Positions 18,414-26,096 of a stretch of DNA of 27,610 nucleotides are shown here, in pieces. The DNA is from a virus (Duplodnaviria; Caudoviricetes): positions 1 to 27,610 of IMG/VR virus record IMGVR_UViG_3300030207_000665. One strand, written 5' to 3'. The translations under genes were made by a program, and so were the position numbers. A model generated the notes under the pieces. It saw only the letters and a list, made by a program, of their open reading frames with translations. It made no database searches and was not told the origin of the DNA. Each line of letters opens with the position of its first letter. Position 1 is the first letter of the stretch.

Positions 18414-19122
18414 TAGATATAGATTAAAGCCGCACGAAATAGTAGCACTAAAAAAAATGCGAGAAACCGAAACTAGAAATGTTCTAGTTATCGGTGACTT
18501 GCATGAACCTTTTTGTCTTGATGGCTACTTAGACTTCTGTATAGAACAATACTATGCGTATAACTGCACAGAGGTAGTGTTTATAGGCGATATAATAGAT
18601 AATCACTACTCAAGCTATCATGAATCATCTGCTGACGGAATGGGTGGCTTAGATGAGCTTGAATTAGCTATAAAGCGTATTGCTAGATGGCGAAATGCTT
18701 TTCCAATAGCTACTGTAGTAATCGGTAATCATGACCGTATAATAATGCGTAAAGCTCAAACATCTTCTATACCTTCTAAATGGATTAAGTCTTTTAAAGA
18801 AGTATTAGAAACTCCTGAATGGAATTTTGTAGAACGATACGAATTAGACGATGTACAATACTTACATGGGGAAGGCGGTACGGCGAGAAGTAAATGTAGA
18901 GCAGATATGATGAATACAGTACAGGGGCATTTGCATACTCAATGCTACACAGAACATTATGTAGGTAAAAAGTTTAGAGTATTTGGTACTCAAGTAGGCT
19001 GCGGTATAAATCATAAGTCTTACGCAATGGCTTACGCTAAATACGGTAAAAGACCAGCAGTCGGTTGTGCTGTAATACTTAATAATGGTAAAACTCCACT
19101 TAATTTATTAATGCCTTTATAA
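18394..19122 (+). CDS. Calcineurin-like metallophosphoesterase
   Basis: All five motifs are present: GDLH, GDIID, GNHD, HG and GHLH. Confidence 0.9.
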   Translation: MSQKESNRYRLKPHEIVALKKMRETETRNVLVIGDLHEPFCLDGYLDFCIEQYYAYNCTEVVFIGDIIDNHYSSYHESSADGMGGLDELELAIKRIARWRNAFPIATVVIGNHDRIIMRKAQTSSIPSKWIKSFKEVLETPEWNFVERYELDDVQYLHGEGGTARSKCRADMMNTVQGHLHTQCYTEHYVGKKFRVFGTQVGCGINHKSYAMAYAKYGKRPAVGCAVILNNGKTPLNLLMPL

Positions 19123-19199
19123 TGAAAGAAAACCCTAATTTTAAAATTTATTTAGCATATTTCATACTAATTCTTATTGTTTATTTGCTCGGAATTTAG
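19122..19199 (+). CDS. 25-aa single-TM peptide MKENPNFKIYLAYFILILIVYLLGI (not in ORF track)
   Basis: TAATG coupling and a hydrophobic C-terminal two-thirds. Confidence 0.45.
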   Translation: MKENPNFKIYLAYFILILIVYLLGI

Positions 19200-19240
19200 G
19201 TTATTAACGTCTTTTTTAACCTTTTTTTATCTTTTTTTTA
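19198..19240 (+). terminator. Possible weak terminator at the end of the late region
   Basis: AGGTTA...TAACCT stem followed by long T runs. The stem is AT-rich. Confidence 0.4.
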
Positions 19241-19314
19241 AATTTATTTTAGTGTAATTTACTAGATAAGGGATAACTTTTTTTAATATTTTTAGTTAAA
19301 AAGTTTGTTAAAAG

Positions 19315-19345
19315 TTTGGTTAGTAACAATTTTACTGTATCTTTG
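19315..19345 (+). promoter_or_regulatory. Bacteroidota primary-sigma promoter (-33 TTTG, -7 TATCTTTG); early promoter
   Basis: TTTG at 19315-19318, 19-nt spacer, TANNTTTG at 19338-19345. Lies in the largest non-coding region, ahead of the small early ORFs. Confidence 0.8.
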
Positions 19346-19377
19346 TATCATAATTAATAACAAAAAACACAAAAAAA

Positions 19378-19620
19378 ATGACAAATTTAGCACAAGAAAT
19401 CGCACAAGCAATTGAAAATCAAGCAGTTAAGTCAGTTTGGTTAACAGAAATCCTTAATAACATCTGCTTTTCAGAAGGTGGCTCAGTAGATGTAGAGTTT
19501 GACAGAATCGTTTTATCTGGTGACAACGGAAGACATGAATTTTTTAAAGGTACTGATTCTCAAGCATCTTGTTTTGAGTCGCACTTAGACAGATTAACAA
19601 ACGAATTACTAAACAAATAA
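19378..19620 (+). CDS. Hypothetical early protein (acidic, 80 aa)
   Basis: First ORF after the early promoter, with an A-rich leader. Confidence 0.7.
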   Translation: MTNLAQEIAQAIENQAVKSVWLTEILNNICFSEGGSVDVEFDRIVLSGDNGRHEFFKGTDSQASCFESHLDRLTNELLNK

Positions 19621-19645
19621 TAATAACAGGGGGGGTAACCCCCCA
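19617..19645 (+). repeat. 29-bp direct repeat, copy 1: ATAATAATAACAGGGGGGGTAACCCCCCA
   Basis: Identical to 19854-19882. Contains a G6-GTAA-C6 hairpin. Confidence 0.95.
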
Positions 19646-19659
19646 TAAAAACTAAAGAC

Positions 19660-19857
19660 ATGAAAAGAATAGAAGCTATATCAAACAGAGGTTGTTTTTT
19701 TGAATACTACGGAACAGTTAAAGTATTAGGCACTAATAAAGTTAGACACATTATAAGAATCGCTAATCCTAAAGATGATGTATTTGCTAATAAAACAATT
19801 GAAGACGCTGACTGGAAAGGTTTGAGAGCGTTTATGAATCAATACTTTGGACTATAA
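19660..19857 (+). CDS. Hypothetical early protein (65 aa) flanked by direct repeats
   Basis: ATG with an A-rich leader. Its stop codon is part of repeat copy 2. Confidence 0.7.
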   Translation: MKRIEAISNRGCFFEYYGTVKVLGTNKVRHIIRIANPKDDVFANKTIEDADWKGLRAFMNQYFGL

Positions 19858-19882
19858 TAATAACAGGGGGGGTAACCCCCCA
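19854..19882 (+). repeat. 29-bp direct repeat, copy 2
   Basis: Identical to 19617-19645. Confidence 0.95.
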
Positions 19883-19899
19883 CTAAAAAACTTAACAAA

Positions 19900-20088
19900 A
19901 TGAAAACAGTAAATGAACAAATTAAAGAACTAAAAAATATAAATCAACTAATTGAGTTTGTATATTTAAAAGAACATATAACTGATTTACAAATTGATAC
20001 TATTGTAAAAGAGTTTAGACAATTGCAATCAATTAGAGAAAAAAATAATATTCAGGTAGTAGAATCACATAAAACAAAAATATATTAA
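19900..20088 (+). CDS. Hypothetical protein
   Basis: 62-aa ORF with an A-rich leader. Confidence 0.6.
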   Translation: MKTVNEQIKELKNINQLIEFVYLKEHITDLQIDTIVKEFRQLQSIREKNNIQVVESHKTKIY

Positions 20089-20103
20089 TAAAAAAATCAA
20101 GAA

Positions 20104-20331
20104 ATGGAAAACTACAAAATTATAAACAAGAAAACTAACAAAACTATTTTCTTAAATAGTATAGAAACTAAAAATTTCTTTGAACTAAATGATATATCTA
20201 ATTATGATATAGAAAATCTTACAGAAAAAAAGAAGTTAAGAAAAAATAAAATATTAGATGCTTTAGCTTTGCTAGGAGTAGCAGCAGCAACTTATATAAC
20301 TATAGTTATTTACATTTATACATACTGTTAA
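20104..20331 (+). CDS. Hypothetical protein with a C-terminal TM helix
   Basis: Ends ILDALALLGVAAATYITIVIYIYTYC. Confidence 0.65.
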   Translation: MENYKIINKKTNKTIFLNSIETKNFFELNDISNYDIENLTEKKKLRKNKILDALALLGVAAATYITIVIYIYTYC

Positions 20332-20332
20332 G

Positions 20333-20704
20333 ATGACTATAAGAGATGCAGAATATTTAGAGTACGCTACGTATGTAGATTACAACAAGCCTGTTTTTTG
20401 GAATTCTGAAAATAGGTACTTAGATAATAAAATAGTTAAGGCTACAGAATGGAATTTAAAGCCTGACTATATGCCTATTCGTTTACCTAGAATAGGAGGC
20501 TTTCAAAATAATGACTTTGTAAAAAGCAGTAGGTCAGTTATTTGTATAGGTACTGAATTACAAAGACATAATAAGTTTAAAGAAATGTTTGAAAAATATG
20601 GCTGGCAAATACAAACTGACTATGACGTAGAGTTAAAAAGATTTTGGCTAAACCGTTATAAAAAAAATAATAATCAACCTTTTTTAATAATAAATGTAAA
20701 ATGA
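20333..20704 (+). CDS. Hypothetical protein
   Basis: 123 aa, tightly packed with its neighbours. Confidence 0.65.
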   Translation: MTIRDAEYLEYATYVDYNKPVFWNSENRYLDNKIVKATEWNLKPDYMPIRLPRIGGFQNNDFVKSSRSVICIGTELQRHNKFKEMFEKYGWQIQTDYDVELKRFWLNRYKKNNNQPFLIINVK

Positions 20705-20898
20705 CAGAAATTGTAAAAAGACTACACGAGATTAATACATTTCAATGTGTAGATAACGAAATATATCTCAGAGGAAAAGACGAACACGGTAAAGAATTTA
20801 CATTATGTTTTGACTCTTTTAACTTCCTAGAATGGATAGATAGTGAACAAATAGAATACATTAAAAAAAAATTAATTAAATACATACAAGAGAAATGA
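20701..20898 (+). CDS. Hypothetical protein
   Basis: 65 aa with 4-nt overlaps on both sides. Confidence 0.65.
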   Translation: MTEIVKRLHEINTFQCVDNEIYLRGKDEHGKEFTLCFDSFNFLEWIDSEQIEYIKKKLIKYIQEK

Positions 20899-21275
20899 AA
20901 ACAGAAATTTTAAAAGAAAAGTACATTAAGTACAATTTAACAAAAGACGATGTATTCAAGCATCAACACTACATTATCATTACTCGTAGCGGTATTGATA
21001 AGATACAAGCTTTAGAAGGTATAAGTATAAACTATGAAGTGATTAACTGTGAAAGAGATTTTTGCGTTGTTAAGGCTTATGCAAATAAAGATGGTGCTAG
21101 CATTGAAACTTTTGGCTCTGCTTTAAAAGGTAGCTTTAAAGAAGGTAATACACAAAGCTGGTATGTAATGGAAATGGCAGAGAAGCGAGCTATGTCAAGA
21201 GCAGTACTCAAGTTGACAGGATTTTATGAATTAGGCGTATTCGGTGAAGATGAGAGCGAAGAATTTAAGAAATAA
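20895..21275 (+). CDS. Putative single-strand annealing protein (Rad52/Sak-like, compact)
   Basis: C-terminal EMAEKRAMSRAVLKLTG helix and acidic tail. Lies upstream of an SSB-like gene. Confidence 0.5.
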   Translation: MKTEILKEKYIKYNLTKDDVFKHQHYIIITRSGIDKIQALEGISINYEVINCERDFCVVKAYANKDGASIETFGSALKGSFKEGNTQSWYVMEMAEKRAMSRAVLKLTGFYELGVFGEDESEEFKK

Positions 21276-21276
21276 T

Positions 21277-21352
21277 AGTGAGGGGGTTAGTAATTTTATT
21301 AATAACTCAGCGGTTATACTTGTGCGTAATTACAAATCCCCCTTACTTTTTT
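21277..21352 (+). other. Long intergenic stem-loop followed by a T-tract (terminator/attenuator or structured leader)
   Basis: AGTGAGGGGG pairs with CCCCCTTACT, GTAATT with AATTAC, and apical ATAAC with GTTAT. Confidence 0.75.
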
Positions 21353-21387
21353 AATAATTAATTTAATAACTAAAAACAAATAAAAAA

Positions 21388-21711
21388 ATGAATGTAATCG
21401 GAAAACTAGTAAAAAAATTACCTTTAATAACAGGAACAAGTAAAGAAGGTAAACAATGGCAAAAACAATCAATAGTAGTAGATACAGGTGCTAAATTCAA
21501 CAATATAGTATGTATTAGTGCTTTTGGTGACAAAGTAGAAAGAATGAACAAACTAAAAGAAGGTAACAAAGTATCTATATCTTGTAATGTTTATTCAAGA
21601 GAATTTAACGGTAAGTACTACCATAACATAGAAGGATATTGGTTTGCTGACTATGATAATAAGTTAGATAATATGATGGGTGGTAACCCTTTAGACGAAG
21701 TACCTTTTTAA
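21388..21711 (+). CDS. DUF3127-like OB-fold ssDNA-binding protein
   Basis: GTSKEGKQWQKQ and SREFNGKYY motifs, with an SSB-type acidic C-terminal tip (DEVPF). Confidence 0.8.
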   Translation: MNVIGKLVKKLPLITGTSKEGKQWQKQSIVVDTGAKFNNIVCISAFGDKVERMNKLKEGNKVSISCNVYSREFNGKYYHNIEGYWFADYDNKLDNMMGGNPLDEVPF

Positions 21712-21712
21712 T

Positions 21713-22222
21713 ATGAATGCAGAAAATAACTTTAAAAACCTTTGTGACCTTACTACAAGTTTAGTAGGGTTGCCTAAAGGTTCTCTATCTCATAAAAGTA
21801 GAAGATTAAAATACCAAGTTCCTAGAATGGTAGCAGCTATGGTTTCAAGAATAGAAGATAATACTCATAGGAGTATAATAGCTAAAGTATTAGATAGAGA
21901 CAGAACAAGTGTTAATCATTATGAAAGAAATCACTCTAATAATTATTCTTCATTTGTATTATATAGAGATACTTTTAATAAGGTTTATAATGCTTATACA
22001 GAAATGAAAGGTGCTAAATTAACGTTTATAGATATGTATAATTTAAAAGAACATTTAAGAAGAAATGGTATACATGATAGTTTAAAACACCAGACTACAA
22101 TTCGTATAAAAGCAGGTAAATTTGGAACTGACGTTAAAGTTTCTTATAGAGATTTTTATAATCAGCTAGAATTATGTAAGATGGCACTCCAGAATTATCA
22201 ATACGAAATAGAAGTAATATGA
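21713..22222 (+). CDS. Protein with a DnaA domain IV-like HTH
   Basis: KSRRLKYQVPRMVAAMVSR...IIAKVLDRDRTSVNH resembles the DnaA C-terminal R...ARQIAMYL...IG..F.RDHTTV.H pattern. No AAA+ domain. Confidence 0.65.
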   Translation: MNAENNFKNLCDLTTSLVGLPKGSLSHKSRRLKYQVPRMVAAMVSRIEDNTHRSIIAKVLDRDRTSVNHYERNHSNNYSSFVLYRDTFNKVYNAYTEMKGAKLTFIDMYNLKEHLRRNGIHDSLKHQTTIRIKAGKFGTDVKVSYRDFYNQLELCKMALQNYQYEIEVI

Positions 22223-22824
22223 AAGAAAAGCCTAGCTACTACGCTATAATCCCTGCTGAAGTAAGATACAGCAAAAAGTTAACTCCTAATGCTAAATTAC
22301 TTTATGCAGAGATTACTGCTCTTTGTAACATGAACGGTAATTGTACTGCTTCAACAGAATACTTTTGTAGACTTTATGAAGTTAGTAGGGTTTCTATTCA
22401 AAAATGGCTAAAGATATTAGATGACAATAATTATATTAGGCGTGTTAACATTTATAAACAGGGTAGTAAAGAAATAGAAACTAGGGTGATAACTTTAGTT
22501 AACATACCTACTAAAGAAAAGTTAACAGATAATAGTAATATAAATATAAATAATACTAATACTACGTATAGTAATAAGAAGGCGTTCTTTAAAAAACCTA
22601 CTTTTGATGACGTTAAAAATTATTGTTTACAAAGAAATAATAATATAGATGCAGAAGCGTTTTTAGATTTTTATGAAAGCAAAAATTGGTTTATAGGTAA
22701 AAATAAAATGAAGGATTGGAAAGCAGCAGTTAGAACGTGGGAACGTAGAGAAGTAAAACGTAGTCCAATGTCAAAGCTTGACGCACAAATTAACGCATGG
22801 CAAGAAGCAAAAAAATTATTATGA
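22219..22824 (+). CDS. Phage replication initiator/replisome organiser
   Basis: N-terminal wHTH (YYAIIPAEVRY...LTPNAKLLYAEI), Asn-rich linker, C-terminal FKKPT...FLDFYESKNW...MKDWKAAVRTWE. Confidence 0.8.
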   Translation: MKEKPSYYAIIPAEVRYSKKLTPNAKLLYAEITALCNMNGNCTASTEYFCRLYEVSRVSIQKWLKILDDNNYIRRVNIYKQGSKEIETRVITLVNIPTKEKLTDNSNININNTNTTYSNKKAFFKKPTFDDVKNYCLQRNNNIDAEAFLDFYESKNWFIGKNKMKDWKAAVRTWERREVKRSPMSKLDAQINAWQEAKKLL

Positions 22825-23189
22825 AAGCACTAAAAAACGAAAACCTAAAAGAGCTTACTGAAAAAGTTTTAGACTTAGTAGCTAAAACGTCAGTAGAAAT
22901 AGGACACAAGACAGAGCCGCAAACTATGGCAAGTTTAAGTAAAATATTTGCTCAAGACTTAATAAAAGAAAAACGTTTTGGTAATTTAACTTTTAATCAA
23001 GTAGTAGACGCATTTTATCAGGGCGTACGCTTTGGAAAAGATGAACCTTTTTTAAACATTAGAACGTTTTATAAGTGGGTGTATGCACATAAAAAAGTAA
23101 TTGACAATGCTTATTATGAAGTACACACTTTAGGAAAAAATCCGAAAAAAGTGCAATATTATCAAGAACCTTTAAAATTATTAAAATGA
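22797..23189 (+). CDS. Hypothetical protein, possible helicase-loader analogue; likely start ATG 22821
   Basis: Follows the initiator with an ATGA-type overlap at 22821. Function inferred from position only. Confidence 0.45.
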   Translation: MARSKKIIMKALKNENLKELTEKVLDLVAKTSVEIGHKTEPQTMASLSKIFAQDLIKEKRFGNLTFNQVVDAFYQGVRFGKDEPFLNIRTFYKWVYAHKKVIDNAYYEVHTLGKNPKKVQYYQEPLKLLK

Positions 23190-23404
23190 AAAAAGAAGAA
23201 AAATTAGTACCAGAGATTTTATTTTTAAATGAACATAGAAAAGCTTTTAAACTACAAAGTAAAATTTATTTTCAAGAAACTTTTATAGAATATATAAAAG
23301 AAAATAATATAGACTTATATGATAAAGCTATGAAATATACAAATGAATTAGAAGCTTGTGATTTTTTTACAGATGAAGAAAAATTAAAATGGAATATAAA
23401 ATGA
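23186..23404 (+). CDS. Hypothetical protein
   Basis: 72 aa, overlapping both neighbours. Confidence 0.6.
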   Translation: MKKEEKLVPEILFLNEHRKAFKLQSKIYFQETFIEYIKENNIDLYDKAMKYTNELEACDFFTDEEKLKWNIK

Positions 23405-23997
23405 AGATATTAAACTTATATGCAGGTATAGGTGGTAACAGGAAACTTTGGGGGAATGAACATAATATAACAGCAGTAGAATTAAATGAAAAATTAGCTG
23501 CAAAATATTCAACTTTATATCCTAAAGACAAAGTAATAGTAGCTGACGCACACGAATATTTATTAGATAATTATAAAGACTTTGATTTTATTTGGAGTAG
23601 TCCACCCTGTCAATCCCATAGCACTACAAATTATTTTACTCAGTATATAAGAAAAAGACCTGTATACCCTTTAATGAGTTTGTATCAGGAAATTATTTTT
23701 TTACAGTACTTTTTTAAAGGAAAGTATTGTGTAGAAAATGTAGTAAGTTATTATGAACCTTTAATAAAGCCTACAAAGATAGGTAGACATTACTTATGGT
23801 CAAATTTTTTTATACCTCCAATTAAATTACCTAAAAGTGATGTTGGCGGAATGAATCACAAAGAAGGTTATAATACAGCAAACAGGAAAAAACAACAAGA
23901 TTTAAATGCAGTCAATTCAGAGCTAGGTTTACATATATTAAACAGAGCAGCAGGCATAATAAAAAATAATAATATAAAACAAACAGAACTTTTTTAA
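23389..23997 (+). CDS. DNA (cytosine-5) methyltransferase, short orphan type; likely start ATG 23401
   Basis: Motif I LNLYAGIGG, catalytic motif IV SSPPCQSHS, motif VI VENV. Confidence 0.85.
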   Translation: MEYKMKILNLYAGIGGNRKLWGNEHNITAVELNEKLAAKYSTLYPKDKVIVADAHEYLLDNYKDFDFIWSSPPCQSHSTTNYFTQYIRKRPVYPLMSLYQEIIFLQYFFKGKYCVENVVSYYEPLIKPTKIGRHYLWSNFFIPPIKLPKSDVGGMNHKEGYNTANRKKQQDLNAVNSELGLHILNRAAGIIKNNNIKQTELF

Positions 23998-23998
23998 A

Positions 23999-24094
23999 AT
24001 GAAAATATTAACAATCGTATGGGGAATATTTATTCTAGCGTGTATTTTAGAAGCTTATTTCTGTACTAAATTTGATGACTATGAAAATTATTAA
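23999..24094 (+). CDS. 31-aa membrane peptide MKILTIVWGIFILACILEAYFCTKFDDYENY (not in ORF track)
   Basis: ATG 1 nt after the previous stop, with a hydrophobic N-terminus and an acidic tail. Confidence 0.5.
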   Translation: MKILTIVWGIFILACILEAYFCTKFDDYENY

Positions 24095-24356
24095 AATTAC
24101 AGAATCAGAAGTTAAAAGCCAATCAGATGCAGTTTTATGGCATTTAAAAACTTATGGAAGTATAACAAGTTATGAAGCTATAAGAGAATACGGAGCTACT
24201 AGACTATCAGCAATAATATTTAATCATAGAAGAGATGGTTATGATATAGAAAGTGTACCATTAAACAAAAAAACTAGATTTGGTAGAAATACAACTATAG
24301 CTAAATACACATACGTAAAGCCAGCTAAAATATTTACTCAAAAACAATTATGGTAA
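24072..24356 (+). CDS. Winged-helix DNA-binding protein (HTH_39-like); likely start ATG 24081
   Basis: Q..AVLWHLKTYGSITSYEAIREYGATRLSAIIFNHRRDGYDI. Confidence 0.75.
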   Translation: MMTMKIIKITESEVKSQSDAVLWHLKTYGSITSYEAIREYGATRLSAIIFNHRRDGYDIESVPLNKKTRFGRNTTIAKYTYVKPAKIFTQKQLW

Positions 24357-24760
24357 AAAAAACTATAAGTAAATTAAAAAAAGATTTAGATAAGATATTT
24401 AGTCTTTATATACGACTAAGAGATGCTACAGATGAAGGAATGGTACAATGTTTTACATCAGGCAGGATATATCATTATAAAAAGATACATGCAGGTCACT
24501 TTATGTCTAGAAGGCATTTAGCTACAAGATGGTGCGAGATAAATGTACAGCCGCAGTCTGCCGCTGATAATTTATTTGGACAGGGCGAGCAGTATAGGTT
24601 CGGTTTATACTTAGATGGTAAATACGGAGAAGGAACAGCAGAGGAATTACAGTATAAAGCTAGAACAACAGTTAAACTTTCTAGAGTAGATTATGAAGAA
24701 AAAATCAGTTATTACAAATCACTTGTTAAAAACTTAAAAGAAGAAAAAGGGATTAAATGA
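24350..24760 (+). CDS. NinG/Rap-like recombination endonuclease with degenerate Zn ligands
   Basis: LDKIFSLYIRLRD, HAGHFMSR, TRW.E.NV.PQ and YGEG motifs. Confidence 0.8.
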   Translation: MVKKTISKLKKDLDKIFSLYIRLRDATDEGMVQCFTSGRIYHYKKIHAGHFMSRRHLATRWCEINVQPQSAADNLFGQGEQYRFGLYLDGKYGEGTAEELQYKARTTVKLSRVDYEEKISYYKSLVKNLKEEKGIK

Positions 24761-24782
24761 ACTTTTTTTATAGGTTTGTCGT

Positions 24783-25136
24783 ATGACATCACCAATTTAC
24801 GCAAGTGCAGAACATAAAGTAATAGTTGAAAATTTTATAAATATGAATATGGATTTTGCTAAAGACGTAGGTACAAAGTCAAAATATAGTAATTATTTAG
24901 ATGTTGTTAAAATGATAATAGACTACCATAATAATTACGGTAAACGTTCTTTAGAAAATAACTGGCACGATTGGATGTTAATTATACCTATAAACTTAAC
25001 AGTAGCTACTAGCGGTTTTTTAGCAGGTGTAGAAACAAAAAATAACAGAGCTTCCGTTAATTCTTATAGAACAATATTATCAGAAATGGTTTATGAGGTA
25101 GTAGGTAAATTAGAAGAATTAAAAACAAATGACTGA
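24783..25136 (+). CDS. Hypothetical protein
   Basis: 117 aa, directly upstream of the sigma factor. Confidence 0.65.
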   Translation: MTSPIYASAEHKVIVENFINMNMDFAKDVGTKSKYSNYLDVVKMIIDYHNNYGKRSLENNWHDWMLIIPINLTVATSGFLAGVETKNNRASVNSYRTILSEMVYEVVGKLEELKTND

Positions 25137-25701
25137 AATATACGCAGAAATATCTAAGTTAAGTTTTAAATTCAAAGAGATGTGTTTTGGCTTAACACAA
25201 AATGAAGAAGATATAAATGATGCGGTGCAAGAATTGATGTTATACTTTATGCAGATGAATCCTGATACTTTACAAAGTATATGGGAAAAAGACGGAGAAG
25301 ATGGTTTAATAAGATACGGAGCAGTAGTTTTAAAAAGAAGTCTAACAAGTAAAAGAAGCCCTTATTATTATAAATATAAAAAATATTATAAGCATATTGA
25401 TAATTTTAGTTATAATGCTACTTCAACTTTTGATTATGATGGTTATGTTTATGACCGTACTAATAATAAAAATATATCAAACATACCTAATCAAGAAGAA
25501 GAATATAAGTGGACGAAGCTAGAACAGATAGATAAAATACTTGACAAACAAAGTTGGTACGATAAAAAAGTATTTGAACTTTATTATTATGAAGGAAACA
25601 CTTTAGACAGTTTAGCAAAGAAAACAAACATTAGCAGGAACAGTTTATTTACAACAATAGATAAGGTAAGGCAGATTATAAAAAAAGAATTAAATGAATA
25701 A
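25129..25701 (+). CDS. Phage-encoded ECF-like RNA polymerase sigma factor
   Basis: Region 2-like EEDINDAVQELML and region 4 HTH WYDKKVFELYYYEGNTLDSLAKKTNISRNSLFTTI. 190 aa. Confidence 0.75.
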   Translation: MTEIYAEISKLSFKFKEMCFGLTQNEEDINDAVQELMLYFMQMNPDTLQSIWEKDGEDGLIRYGAVVLKRSLTSKRSPYYYKYKKYYKHIDNFSYNATSTFDYDGYVYDRTNNKNISNIPNQEEEYKWTKLEQIDKILDKQSWYDKKVFELYYYEGNTLDSLAKKTNISRNSLFTTIDKVRQIIKKELNE

Positions 25702-26092
25702 GTTCTTTGTGCCTAATGATGTATATGAAGAAAGAATAGCTATCTGTAGAGAATGTATATTTTATTTTAAGCCTACTGGAACTTGTAAAGACTGCGGTTG
25801 CTTTATGAAAATTAAGGCACGACTTGCACCAATGGGATGTAGTCAGGGTAAATGGCAAAAGACAACTAAGATAGAAAAGCCTGACAGTCTGCCGCAAGAA
25901 ATAGTAGATGAAATATTAGATATGTGGGAAGATTTAAAAACAGGCAAAGCTAAAAATATTGCAGCTAAAAAAAGAATGATAGAAACATACAATACTATAT
26001 ATAACACGAGTTACAATCCAGGAACTAACTGCGTTTCATGTATTAGTACTTGTTACAAAGCGATAACACAATTATATAACGAATACAAATAA
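25694..26092 (+). CDS. Cys-rich metal-binding hypothetical protein (DUF6171-like N-terminus)
   Basis: RxxICxxC...CxxCGCFMxxK...C.xxKW, plus a C-terminal CVSC. Confidence 0.65.
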   Translation: MNKFFVPNDVYEERIAICRECIFYFKPTGTCKDCGCFMKIKARLAPMGCSQGKWQKTTKIEKPDSLPQEIVDEILDMWEDLKTGKAKNIAAKKRMIETYNTIYNTSYNPGTNCVSCISTCYKAITQLYNEYK

Positions 26093-26096
26093 AAAA

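Noticed and set aside
19617-19882. 29-bp palindromic repeats as a mini-CRISPR array
   Set aside because: Only two copies, the 208-bp intervening sequence is a gene, and there are no cas genes.
45-21569. Minus-strand ORFs in the track (45-239, 282-623, 962-1243, 3709-3903, 6224-6424, 8739-9041, 10889-11098, 11291-11626, 17628-17921, 21363-21569)
   Set aside because: All are antisense shadows of well-supported + strand genes, with Ser/Phe/Leu-rich composition and no recognisable motifs.
21678-21689. GGGTGGTAACCC resembling the core of the 29-bp repeat
   Set aside because: Lies within the SSB coding sequence (MGGNP) with a short stem; probably chance.
24771-24778. TAGGTTTG (-7-like box) before the gene upstream of the sigma factor
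   Set aside because: No TTTG at the expected -33 distance. A middle promoter is possible but not supportable from sequence alone.
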